A stretch of 64,000 nucleotides of DNA from Geosiphon pyriformis uo1 (lineage: Eukaryota; Fungi; Glomeromycota): contig JAAOMT010000448.1 in NCBI GenBank assembly GCA_016748015.1, forward strand, positions 1-64,000. The letters run 5' to 3'. Shown here piece by piece: positions 38,702 through 52,267 of the stretch; the first letter of the stretch is position 1; every line of letters begins with the position of its first letter. The position numbers were made by a program, and so were the translations under genes. Below the pieces are notes generated by a model, which made no database searches, had not been told where the DNA came from, and saw nothing but the letters and a program-made list of their open reading frames with translations.

Positions 38702-39799
38702 AGATGAGCAATTATTTGTTGGTTGTCATAAGGAATTAGATGAAGTACCACTTCAAGAAAATGCATAAAATAAAATAAACATACTATACTGTGAACAAAT
38801 AGAAATAGTCGACAAATTACCCCGTTGAAGGTATCCCTTTTTTAGGAATTCAAAATGAAGGTTCCTAAGGTTGGTGAGAATTCTAGTTTCAGTTAAAATT
38901 TAATTTAAACTAGGATATTTCGAATTATAATTGTTAGCTAAATAGTTTCGCTAAGATAAAGATTATAGCTGAGCTTTCTCGATATTCTCGAAATTTTTAA
39001 TTTTCTTTGAATTGTTCAAAATTTAATGTTTCTTTGACAAGAGAACATTCTTAGTAAATTCATTTTAAAGTTGGCGGGATAAGGTTAATGAGATTTCTGA
39101 GAGGAAAAAATCTCCAAATCATACATTTCAGCATTTGAATTTAAAAAGCAAGCTCTTTAATGATTTTTATTTTTTTAAACGTATTACCATGGATCATGCT
39201 ACACCTTCACGAGAAGCAACTTTTCAGGTAGAATATCCTTCTTCAAGAAGGGTAAATATTCTTACACGTTTTTCTAGAAATAGGGTCATAATAATTTTTT
39301 ATGACAAAAAAATGGTTAATTCACTCCTGAGGACTCTTCCGGGTCCAGTATATATAATTTAAGAAAAAATTCTTTTCTTGAATCATTTACAATAGTTAAT
39401 TAAGAAATTTGTCATGATTAAACAATTCAATTCTAATCATCATAATTAAAGTGATAGCTAAAATTAAAATAAATTAAAATGTTTGAATCGCGAGGAGGCA
39501 GCAATTAACATAAAAGTATGCTTGCTAGGTTCCAAATTGTGAAAATAAATACTCCACCTTTTTCCCTTCTCTCCTTCCTATTTACTGAGCTAACTTCTCA
39601 AAGCGCTCATACCACCACCACCTCTCCTATTAAGAAAGGTTTCTACGCCCTTGTCTCTAGTGGAAAGCAAAAAGAATATCTTTGAGCGACAAAAACAACT
39701 TTTTACCGGATTCTCGAGATATAGTGGTAAGCAAAATTATTTGGAAATTTTAATCAGAATTTATTTAATACCAATAATCTTATCAGCAAATTAAAATTA

Positions 39800-41400
39800 T
39801 TATTTAAAGTAAATAAATGGGATATTCGAAAAAAATATACCAATTAATAATTTTTTTTTCTCACATCTCAATTTTATTGATTCAACTAAATTGATCTGGA
39901 ATTTTCTCAATAATAATTATTCTCAGTTCTTTTAAATTTTGTAATTTTTCTCTTACATATTTTTTACAAATTTTCAATAGGATTGAAATAATATTGGACA
40001 GTCAATCAATTATAATTCTTTGAAACAATTATATATGTTAATTATTAAATTCTGTTATTTGCAAACAATTTACTGCTTAGTTTTTGACTTTTGAAAATCT
40101 TTATAATAGTACTCTAAATAATTTTATAAAACTATTAAGTTATTTTATTGCTAATATTGTAAAGGTATTGTTTTTTAATAAATCATGAAAAGAAATATTA
40201 TTAAATTTTATCAAAAAAATTTCATTTCAAAAAACAAAATTTTGAATATTTTTAAAATTCTACAAATTTTAAAGTATAATTTAATTTTATTTGTTAACTT
40301 TGAAAATTTTTAATCTTTGTTATCAATAAAATTTTTATTTATTATACAAAAAAATTAGATTATTAATAAAAACACAAAAACAAAATTTAAAAAAATATAA
40401 AAAATTTATAAAAAATTTATAAAAAATATAAAGAAAAAAACATTATAAAAAAATATTCAAATTTTATAATATTTAAAAAATATATTTTATGTGTAATTTA
40501 ACTATTAATTATTTATACATATACATATTTTATATTAAATTTAATATACATGTAATTAATAATATTAACCAATTACTATTTTGTTAAGAAAATTTTATAT
40601 AATGTTGTATGTTTTAAAATTAATTATTTTAAAATTTTATTAATATAACATAATATAATTTCGAGTATTGATTGTATAAAAAAATATTATATGCAAATAA
40701 ATAATAGTTAAACTATATTTAATAAAGTGTAAAATAATTATAATTTATTTAAATATGTAATATTTACATATTTCTTGATTATTTAACAAATTCGATTAAA
40801 TATTAGTTTAATAAAGATACAAATCTTATTTTCGTTTTAAATAAATAATTTATTAAAAGTTATTTATTAAATAATAATAATAAATTGACATCGAATATTT
40901 TTGTTGTATACAATTTTTAAATTATATTACTATTAATTTCAAACTTATTAAGTAATTATTTAAATAATATGTTATTTTTAGTGTTCGTAATAGATTTAGA
41001 AATAATTATATTTTAATTATAATTAGATTAATTGGCTTCAAAATTCTAATTACAATTATGTATTTTAAAATAATTAAAATACAAAATAATAAATTACATT
41101 TTACCAACTCAAGATTTATGATATTATTTTAAATGGCAGATTTTGGTAATTTAAAAGAGCACACATTTAAAAATCAAATATTTACATAAAATGTTATTTT
41201 TTTAATCAAATGAATTTTAAATGAATTAATAATTATATGCTATAAATTTTAAAAAAGTATAATTAAATTAAAGAAAATTATATGGTAGTTTTAAATTTAC
41301 TTGGACTATAAACAAAATGACATTTTAATAATTAAAAAATGCTGTTATTTATTGCATAATGACTAGTTCAAAAATTTTCAGCTAAAAGGATTTATTTTTA
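39800..41400. repeat. Extremely AT-rich eroded block
   Basis: Very low G+C and no ORFs. Confidence 0.55.
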
Positions 41401-42097
41401 AGCTTTTAATTTAATTCTCCATATTTAAAATATCTTTTATTTACAATCAATATTCCTATTGCATATTCAACAAAAAGTGAAATCCCATCTTAACTTGGCA
41501 AAGCTATATATAAGCCAAATGGGACGAACTGGATCCTCAGGAAAGCAATTCCAATCCTTTGCTCCCATAAATCAATAACTATCGCTCGAATCACAAAGTT
41601 AGTAAAAGAAGTTCATGGAAAGCTAACTTTCCATTTTCTCACTATTGATAGATGATATCAAAATTATAGCAGGCAACATGGCTAAAATGCTCATAAATTT
41701 GATTGGAAGAAATCGCTAGACTATGGTGTTGTATTTTCACACTTTGTCTGTTCTTTGAATATTTTTTTCCCAATATAAATTCAGATCCATATTTCCTAGA
41801 TTGAAATGGTCAGGCTGATTAATTAAAAGGGTTGTTTTTGCTAATACCAAAACAAGTGAAAATTCCAAAGAGTGGTAAGCATTCTAGCTAGCAAAAACCA
41901 AAACGTTCAACAAAAAATAATTGTGCATATTTGAGAGTTTGTCGTAGAAAAATGGGTATTGATCAAGCAATCAATTGTTCCTTGGGAATCTGAGACCATA
42001 TCGGCATCGAGTTTTAGAGTAGGTTAGGTAAGTGCGAATTGCCAATCGATTTTTGTTTTGCTTTTTCAAAATCACTACGTTCGACAGAATCCAGACT

Positions 42098-44312
42098 TCA
42101 TCGAATTACATGTCCACGAAGAGAGAGTTTTGAATCCGAAATTGTTTGCTTCTTTTGGCTGAACACTCTCCAAAAACGAAGGGTTTCGTCACCAGATCCA
42201 GTGACAATATTTTTGCCATCAGGTGCTGCCGCAAGATAGAGAACGCGAGCATCATGGCCAGTCAAATAGGCGAGCTGATCCATGGAAGGATATTTCCAGA
42301 CGATGATTTCATTTTTTGTAAAACCGTGCGTTGATACTATTTCGTCCACATTTTTTGACCAAGCCAGATTAGCCACCTGTTTAATAATTAAAGAGATGGG
42401 AATTTATTCAGCTATAAAATATTCTATTCGTGTGTCATAATATTATTAAAGTACCTGTGACCCGGTATCAAAGCTTCCTAACATATCCCCAGTGTAGGTT
42501 GTCCAGAAGCGAATATATTGATCTTGAGAACCACCCCCTGTAGCCAACAATCCTCGCGTATGAGGACTCCAAACAATAGCTTTAATAGCAGCTTTATGGT
42601 CTGTAAAGTTGTATATCGGAGCGGAGCTCCTATGATCCCAAGTGTATACTTGATTATCATTTCCTCCGCTTGCCAATTGACCATCTCGGCTCCATTTCAA
42701 TCCACAAACCTTATTAAAAAAAGTGAAAATGGTTTTAGCTAATTTAATTCTCCTTTTGATGTTTTCAACCAGGGAACATAGGCGTTCACCTCATGAGTAT
42801 GAGCCCTCAGAACATCAATACACGAATCGGGTGCCCTAACGTCAATATGACAGATGGTCGAATCACGACTTCCGGAGGTCAAAATGTGCTCGTGCCAGGC
42901 CAGACAGCCTTTCAATTGTGTGATAAGAGTTTTCAAAATATAATAGGAATTGAATCATGTACATAATGAAGATTGATAATACCTACCTACTCTTTGTGTA
43001 TGATTAAAAAATTTTCTAATCATTTTCAATCGACAGGTATCATAGATAAAAACATAACCATCATCAGAACCGACAGCTATGTGTGTACCCTTCAGAAGAT
43101 GAGAAAATTAATATGATAATATAAGAATTAATATCATTCATCAAAATATTAAAAATTTTCTTACTTGGCTACTCCAATTGACTGATGCAACAAGGTCTCC
43201 TTTTTTTAATCGGGCTAACTCGATGACCTGTAACAAAATTTAGGGTAAAAATAATATTTTAGCATCTGGCATCATATTGTAAGTGATAAATTTAGCATTT
43301 TTCATTTTCATAAAAGACAGGAATATTTTATGACACCTACCGCTGCTGAGCGCGCGTTCCATAGAAATACAGCGCTATCTAAGCCAACACCTAGGATATT
43401 CGTGGATGACCAATCTAACAAGTTTAGGTAAAAATCTTCCTGCAACACATGAGATTTATTGATTAAAAAAGCTGAAATCAATATTCTTGACAGACATACA
43501 CATTAAGTTCAAAGTCATACCCGAATTTTTGGCGCATCTAGGACTTTGTAGAGTCCTCGGTCTATTTGATCTCTCGTAACTGGACGAGTATTACCCAAAA
43601 TTGTCTGCGCACTCATGGAAATCGGACTTACGGAATAAGCTGCATGAAACGGCGAATCGATTGATGGAGAAGATTGGGTAGATTTCGACGGGAATTTGAA
43701 ATTTAACAAACTGTGGCGGGTGACTTCAGGGCTCATGGCGTTTATGTGACGGTCCATGCGGTCCTCCCCTGGAAACATGGTGCTTTCAAGCACCGCTTTG
43801 TACAGTGTATCCTCTTCTTCATCTAGAGTATATTAGAAGTAAGAAGATTTTAATTATCATTCCTTAAAAAGTAGCACCTTGTCTGTATCATGGACAAAAC
43901 ATGTTAATTCCACCCTCATTACCTTGTAGACCTGACTGGTCTTCAGCCCTATCTCCGAATTCCTGTTTTCGTTTTGACCTAGTGGTGGAAGGGGTCAAAC
44001 GTTGAAACTCAATAGCAGGATCAGATATCCTTTGAGGTATGAAGCTATAAAGATACAACGAGAAAATATGAGCCTCTATTCTAAATTTAGAAAGAATGCA
44101 GTGTAACGTTCCAGCCCAAAAAGAAGTTAAAAAACAGGTTCTAGGTAAGCATACCGGTCTCCATATTCTGAATTCTTTCTTCCCGACTTTGGGCAATTAG
44201 GGGTTGACGGAAGAGTGGAAGGTGGGGTATAGGGAAATGCGGCCTTCAATGTTCTCTTGGGCGTACTGGGCGCCTCAGAACTATGATTTTCAGAATCTTG
44301 ACGCTCGGACAT
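42098..44312 (-). CDS. APC/C co-activator, Cdh1/Fzr (Cdc20/Fizzy family) WD40 protein
   Basis: Intron-split C-box DR/FIPQR, KVLDAP..EDFYLNLLDWS, HTHEVCGLKWS, LASGGNDN, KYPSM..LTGH..RVLYLA..GSGDETLRFW and a C-terminal IR tail (HVIR*). Confidence 0.92.
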
Positions 44313-44433
44313 TTTGTTGTGGTTTCTAGCAAAGACAGGAAGAAAAACAAATAAGCTTGGTGTTTATATAAGATGCGGAGATCACAGAACTGAGAAAGGA
44401 AATTTCGTAAAAGTTTTGAAAGACATACGTAGC

Positions 44434-44463
44434 GGGAAGGAAGGAAGGAAGGAAGGAAGGAAG
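44434..44463. repeat. (GGAA)n microsatellite upstream of the Cdh1-like gene
   Basis: ggaaggaaggaaggaaggaaggaaggaag about 120 bp upstream of the ATG. Confidence 0.85.
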
Positions 44464-45121
44464 TTAAAGCTGATTAAGGCCGAGGTTCAAGTTATTGATT
44501 TTATGATATCCTAAAAATGTTATTTTACTGATTGTTACCATAACCTTCCCATAATGATGATTCTGTCAACTTCAATTTTAGTTACGTAATCCAATTTCAA
44601 AGTTAGCTCAATGTTAGCATTAATAATTCGATATATTAATATAGATTAAATGCAAAGCAGAAAAGGTAAATCTGATTACATAAATGGTATTTTATAAAAG
44701 AAAACCAAAGGACAAGAAGTAAGAGATTCTATGTATTTCAAAAAGTTATTGAAATCTTTAAGCTTTGGATTAGTGACGAAATTTCTTATTATTCAGTTAT
44801 CGACTTGGAAAAATACCAAGCCTAACTTGAAATAAACAAATCAACAAACTGACAAAAGAGAAAAGGTCATATATTTATGCTACAGTATTGTCCCATCTGC
44901 AAAACATACGTGAAAACCAAGCGTACTTGTCCATCTATATTATTGCGATTATTCTGACAAAACTACCCAAAAGAAGAGTGAATATCAATAATTGCTATCA
45001 AAGCCTAATTACTAAAAGCAAGAAACGGAACGAGCAAGGAAAAAACGCATATCCGCCTTAATCAGATGTGAATTGTTATGATATGACGTAGAAGTACTTC
45101 AAAATAAGTTTCCAGCCAGGA

Positions 45122-45940
45122 TCAATCATCGTCCGCTACACCATAGCGACTTCAGTAGGTACCATAAAATGACATATTTAGCATATATTTCCCAAGATTA
45201 AAAAAAACCAATGAAACAAGCATTCACAAATACCTCTTTAACTCTCGCAATTCCTCTTCTTTCTTTTGCAAATTCATTTTCTTTGTAACCTTATTAGGCT
45301 GATAATATAATACTATTAAATATCGTCCCATCACATTGAACCCATTCAGGTGATCACAGGCAGCTTTTGCGTCAAAGATATCTATTCATAGAGATGATTT
45401 GAGACCTATATTCTAATAAAATATAACACATTATTATCACAAAGCACGAACTTACCTTCATACACAACAAATGCTGTTCCGCGGGTATCTTTTTCATTAC
45501 CTCTAAATTTAAAATAAAAAATTTAATTCGTAAAGGAGAAACGTTTGTAACGAACTAACCCGAATTTTCACAAAACCTTCCAACACAATATAGATGAAAT
45601 TCAAATTTATTATAAAGCCTAAAACTGCTTATTCCACCCTAAAAGGATAAAAGCTCGATAATTCACAAACCAGATATGATGGTATATTTTAAAAGCTCAC
45701 AGTCGGATTTGACGTATTGCCCCATATTTTCCAAATATATCATACATCTCATCGGATGTTATATTGAAAGGCAGATTCCGTACAAAAAGCACTCTGTTCA
45801 CCTCAGGCGGTAACCGGGCCTGCAAGGACAAAGTTCCAAAATTAAAATCTTTCGTGTGCTCAAGTTAAATTTAAAATTTTCCAATATTCTGTTTTCGAAA
45901 TACCGACATTCCGGTTTTTGGCCGATGCTGCCATAGCCAT
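45122..45940 (-). CDS. SF3B6: Splicing factor 3B subunit 6 (p14); missed by the ORF track
   Basis: [111 protein letters not shown]; four GT-AG introns. Confidence 0.96.
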
Positions 45941-46099
45941 TTTGCTAAGATTTAGAAATTTGAAGGGAAAGAAAAGAGGTCTGTATTTAAAAACTTGGAC
46001 AATTCTATTGCATTATATATTGAAAAATCATGTGATGAATTAAACATCAATTGATGTTTTTCAAATAAATAATTGTAAATATAAATTAAATAAACAATT

Positions 46100-48840
46100 T
46101 CAAAAATTAAAATAAATTTATAATAACATACATAATTGTTAATTTTATAAATTATAAAATTTTTTTACACCATTTTTTTATTTTAAAATACAACAACTAC
46201 ATTAAAGTTATTTTTAGTTATAAAAATATTAATTATGTTAATTTTTTTTAATGAGTGCAGTCCAATCATTACTTATTACTAAGAACTTCAAATAAGCGCG
46301 ACTCATGCTCTTATTACACGTGACCAGCTACTCGAGCCAATCAAGACAACACTCCACAATTATAGCGTCAACGACATTATAAGACCTACGAAATTCTACA
46401 GAAAACAATTAAAATATTTATTATATAATTAATAATATAATAAATACCACAAAAAATTTTTTTTCATTCCAAAAATCTTAAAAAAAAAAAGTTTTTTGAA
46501 AGAATTTTTTGTTTTATACTTTTATATTTATATATTATCAAATTAAAAAACTTTTTTATTTAGAAATTAGCTATTTTAAATAGTTTTAATAAAAACCAAA
46601 ATTAAAAAAAGTCTTAATTTTAATGCTAATAGTTTTTTAAAAAACATATAAGATCTAAAAGTAAGCTTAATAATATAAGTAAAAATAAGACAATTAACAC
46701 TAATAATAAAAAATAAAAGTAATTTATTATAATAGTTTAATAAAAAAAATATTAAAAACAAATTTTGTTAATAAAATTTTTTAAATTTTAAATTTTAATG
46801 TATTTTATCTTTAATAATTATAATACTAAATTTTGTATAATATTTTTGTAAATATTAAATAAATTATAGAGTTTTAAAACTGTTTTAATTTTGTAAATTT
46901 AGCTGCTGTTTTAAATTAATTATATACTTATTTTTAAATAACTTTTAAAATAAAATTTGTTGTTTTAAGTTTAATTTATTTTTATTAAGTCTTTTTTTAA
47001 TGTAAAAATATTTATATATATAAAAATATATTTATTGTTTATTTTATTAAAACAGTATTAAAGTTTTTGTTAAATTATAGTATTTAATAAAATATCAATA
47101 AAATAAACATAAATTTTTTTTAAAACTTGTTTTAAAATAAATTCTAAAATATTTTTTTGTGTTTTTTTATAAAAATAATAATTTTTAAATTTGTTTTATT
47201 TAGAAGTTGTGTTTTTTTTAAATGTATTTGATTTAATTTTTAATAATTATAATAAATAACTTAAAAAATATTTTTAAGATTAATATTTATTATTGAAATA
47301 TTTATTAAATATTTTAAAAAATAGCTATAATAAAAATAAAAATTTGATATTTTTTACTTTAAATTCTTTATATAAAAACAAAAATTCAATAATTTAACAG
47401 TTTTTAATATATGGTATCTAATTTTTTCTGTATTTTAACAGATTTATTTTAGTGTTTTTTATTTTTTTGATAAATTATTTAATTTTTAATAAGTTTAATT
47501 TTTGTATCTTTTATTAAACAATTTTTGATATTATAATTTTAATAATTATTATTTTTAACAAGTTAATTCAACAATAAAAAAAATAAAACAACAGAAAAAC
47601 AAAAAAACAAAATTAGTATTTTAATAATAATTATAATTAAGAACTATTAATTTAGTATTATAATATTAATTTTATGTTTTTAATATTTTATGCTTTATAA
47701 ATAATTTTGAATTAGTAAATTGTTATTAAATATATTTTGTGTATTATGAATTTTTTTGGTATAATAAGTTTTAAAGTTAAATAATTTTTTAATTGATTAT
47801 TAATATATATTTTTTTAATACTACTGTTATATATATTTATTTTTAATTATTTTTGACATTTTAATATTTTTAAATTTTTGTCATTTTTGTTATTTTTATA
47901 ATTTTTTTAAGTATTTTTAAAATTCTTAATATTTTTATAATTATTATTTTATTTTATTTTATTTTATTACTATTACTATTTAAATGGCTAATTTAATATT
48001 ATTTTAATTTTGCTATTTATATTTAAATAATACTAGTTTAAAATTATAAAAATTTAAAAAATAACCAAAAAATTCAAGATTTTGGTTTTATTAAATAATT
48101 TACAATACAAATTAATATAGCAGTTAATATTTAAAACAAATAATATTATACTTTATAATTACCAAAAACTCCTATAATTTTATTATTAAAAATTATTAAA
48201 AAAGATATATATTGTTTTAAATTTACAATTATTTAAATCTAATAAACAAATTTACAAGAAATATAAAATTTTAATTCCAAATGTTTATTTGTTTAAAAAA
48301 TTTACAATTTTAACAGTCTAGTTATTTTATTAAATAATTTAAATATTAAAATAATATATAACAAAATTTTTTAAAACTTAATATAACTTTTAATAAAATA
48401 TAAATATTAAAAAATATATTATTTTAATTTTATAATTTAATTTTTAAATAAATAATAATATTTAATTAAATAAAAATATATGCTAAATAAAACTTTTTTT
48501 GCTTTTTTAATAAATATATTAAATAATATAGCCTATTATTAATTTGTATTTATTTTGATAAATAAGTTAATACTATTAATTTTCAAATTTAAAAACAACA
48601 AATTAATGTTTTTTAAAAATAACCAAAAATTGTTGTTAACATAATTAAGTTTTTTTAATAATATTTAACTTAAAATGTCAATAAAAAATGTTTTATTTCA
48701 AATTAAGTTAAAAAATACAAGTGACGGCTTTATTTCTTCTAAATAAGATTTTATTGTTAAATATTCTTAAAAACTATTGAACAATTACAATGAAAATTTG
48801 GTTTTAAAAAATCAATTACTTTTCAGTAAAACTATATTTA
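46100..48840. repeat. AT-eroded retroelement block with LINE 3' motif island at 46255-46400
   Basis: gtgaccagctactcgagccaatca matches 14316-14339. The stretch 46440-46520 resembles the 5' end of the 53452 element. Confidence 0.6.
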
Positions 48841-49190
48841 ATTAGTAATTTTCGCGTCAGAGAATCAAGGGATGCAAGTAAAATAGCATCACGAATAGCA
48901 GAGTAAGCCGTCAGGCATGGTGGGATTCATCTTTACTATTGTCTCATATAATCATATATTTAATATTTCATCATTAACAAGCAAAGAAAAAAGTTTGCAA
49001 CATATTTTATTCTTGGAGAACTCAAATACTCAATCGAAGTAATCATCTCAAATGCCCATGGATTCAATTAAGAGCTAAACAAGAGGAAAGACAATATATA
49101 CGACTAACTTCATTATAAATCGGAAACGCTACCTCCCTCTATTACCATCTTTCGACAAGCCACCAATAGATGGGAGAACTTCTTATAAAT

Positions 49191-51434
49191 TCAGTCATTC
49201 ACTCGAAGACTGTGTGCGTATGAAAGTCGTGTAAGCCTCTTTTCGGTGCTTGCTTCATCAAAGGACTTTGTAACATGCTGAACTAAAAGCTAAATTCATA
49301 AATAGTGCGTAAATATTTGCGCGCGTTCAATGAACATGACATAAGTACAGATGCGTTGACACATACTCCCCATTTCAATATACATTCGTAGAAATATACA
49401 AAATCCTCCATTTCTGAAAAGTCTCGAGGAAGATTAGCGTTATCAACTTCATTTAGTCGATAATTCCCTGATTTGATATTGCAAACGTATCATCAGTAGC
49501 TTCTTGTAATGCAACCTTTTTAATTGAAAGAAACATACGTACCACAGTAATCAAGATAGTATAGATAAATCCGGAGATGAGAACTTTCCCCACCAAACAC
49601 TGCCAGCTGTTTTGGCAGACGTCTCCGGTTCTTGATCATTTCCTTTACAATCTTTGCATATTTACTCTTCAAACCATGTGAAATTTTTCTGCCTTCAGAG
49701 ACCTTTTCTTCCTTCGCTGGTGGTCTCGAACCTTCCACATGTACAAGCTGGAATTTATCTGCGTTTGGTATGAACCCAACACCATCAGTGGTGTTGCGGT
49801 TGCTTATTCGAGACTCTCCATATTCGTAATGCACCTTTGCTAAATGCCACAAAGCGGCATCGAGACATGGATGAACAAATTCATTAAGATGAGTTCTTTC
49901 AATTGTTCCAATGCCCTGAAGAGGATTGTAACCCCCAAGAGAGAAAGCCTTTATGCTGCGTGAAAGAAAAAAGTTTAGAACAGAATCCCGAAAAACAACA
50001 AATTATGATGGCGATGTTTGACATACAATCGCGGCAAGGTACGTCTCAGAATTCGTACTACTGCAATCAATAAAGGATCATCCTCATTCGGAGATTGTAG
50101 ATCATCGATCTTGCTTTCCCATTCTGTGGCAGTTAGATGTTGCGAAAAGAATTGCACGAGAAATTGGTGCACATTTACAGGAATTAATAATTCCGTTATC
50201 GTATCCATTTCTGCAAGGTAAGACGCCGCTACTGGTTCTGGGAGCTTTCTAAGGAAGGGCGAATCCAACCGGAGGTCAATAAGAGTACCATCGGGATAGT
50301 GTTCCCCATAGACCGGACAAATTAAATCCATCGCGTCTGAGCTTACATAGGCGTAGTCTAAGATGTCTCTTATTGTCTGGTGGGTGAAAGAGACTCAGCA
50401 ACGTTACAAGGGCATTTGGCCTAGAACGTATTACGTAGTTAATTACCTTGTCACCTTGGATAACTTCCTCTTCTTTTTCGTCATCATCTAAGTTCTCTTC
50501 AGAAGATTTTTGGGAATCTTCACCCTCCATTTTAACGGATTTCAACTTTCCTCCTTCGTCATCGTCATCTCTTTGACGTTTCTACAAACATTGTTTCTTA
50601 ATTTTACAAGCAATGGATATCAACGAAGTTTGACAGATAGGAGGTCTCTGGCACTCTTTACCATATTTCCATTATCTTCTTGATTCTTGTTCATATCAGC
50701 GGTTAACATTCCCACTTTTTTGGCTAGTTCCTCCCTCCGTTGGGCGGTAGCGTTGATCATTCTTAACCTACTCAACTTTATATTGATTTTTGCATCGAAG
50801 TGTTTGCAATCATACGAGAGTGTGAGATGGATTCACATTTAAAACGTAACCACTCCCTATTATGTACCTGCTGTCGTTCGTGTGATCTCTTTTTCTCAAA
50901 CATATTCCAGAATTCTGTGATCTTGTAACCTGGTTTCTAAAAAACATAAATAGGAGTTGCTATTGCTATAAATGGTTTCTAAGACATATTGGCCCTCAGA
51001 ACTTGCTACATACTGCACAGAGGGACCTGCTCCCCTGTGGTGCGGCAGTACAGACTAGCGAGGTTTTGCTACCAACGACCTGTGTGCTATTTATAGACAG
51101 ACCTGGTTCAAAAGAAGTAATGCACCTGCGCTTCGCTCTTTGTTTGTGCGATCTCTTGCAATTTCTTTCAAGTGTTCCATATATCTCCTGGTCCATATTT
51201 TTTTTAGTACCTTCACTTTGGAGTTATCATTGAATTGAGGTTGCATAGCCTCGAGAAACCCACGTTGTGACCATTCCTTCATAGGAGTCGCGAAGTACGC
51301 CTAGAGAATAATATAGTCGTGAAGTACGCCTAGATAATAATATACTCATTATAAAACCAGAACAAGTCTGTTTCTGCCAAGTAAATACTAACCTCAGTCG
51401 AGGAAAACTCTTGCTTTTGTGATTCTGATGACAT
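49191..51434 (-). pseudogene. Multi-exon gene with C-terminal PD-(D/E)XK restriction-endonuclease-like domain (Crinkler/REase-like), probably frameshifted
   Basis: MSSESQKQEFSSTE/AYFATPMKEWS...; C-terminal HYEYGE..TTDGVGF..FQLVHVEGS..K.....KI pattern; ends LSYAHSLRVND*. Frame switch between ORFs 50276-50545 and 49975-50331 with no plausible intron. Confidence 0.55.
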
Positions 51435-51624
51435 TGAAGATAAAGCCTGTCGGCAAGTTGTTAGCAAAACAAGTGTAGTAGTGGCTAAAGAAGAAAGGAC
51501 GCGTACTTGTAATTTACGTGATCTCTGTTTAAATAATAAAAAAAGGTTAAACAATTGATTAACTAATATAAAAATATTTTACTGATTCTCATTAATTAGA
51601 AATATATAATTTAAATTAATACAA

Positions 51625-51657
<33 letters not shown>

Positions 51658-52267
51658 GTAAAAAAGGTTTAACATGAAATATTAATCAATTTAAAAATAA
51701 CAATTTTTTATAGATACTTTAGTTAATGTTAATGAATAATTATATTTAATAAAAAATTTATTACATTAAATTCTAAATTGTTTACAAAAATTATAATAAT
51801 AATAGTTTATATATATATTTATTTAATTACTGTTATTTTATTTATAATTAAAATTATTGTTTTTAAAAAAGTTATAAAACATAATTTTTCCTTTTATTCC
51901 AAATTTTATTGGATAATAAAATTATTTTTGAATTTTAAATATTAGATTTTATATCAAGAATAATTTATTTTATTTAATGCACTTTACAACTTTTCACGGT
52001 TTTTATCAAGTTTCAAATTTTGTTAACATTAAAATTAAAATTAAAATTTTTATTATGTTTATTGACATAAATTTTATTTTCAAAATAAAAAAATATGCAA
52101 TTAATTTTTTGTATTTTATTTTAATTATATTTTTTGATTTAAAATTTGCCAATAAAATAAAATCTAAAAACTTACAAATTTAAAAAAAAATTGATTTATA
52201 TTGAATAGATGTTAGATATTATATTATATTATTTATTTATTTTTTGCTGAAGGTTTAATCCACTACT

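Noticed and set aside
39480-39735. Possible small gene relic with splice-like signals
   Set aside because: Frames are interrupted by stops and no family is recognisable, so a call cannot be supported.
41482-41526. Hairpin tcccat..ttggc...gccaa.atggga downstream of the Cdh1-like gene
   Set aside because: A single short imperfect stem that could arise by chance.
51977-52183. Short I/F/K/N-rich ORFs in AT blocks (also 26731, 46576, 61578, 4235)
   Set aside because: Compositional artefacts of AT-rich DNA with no motifs or splice support.
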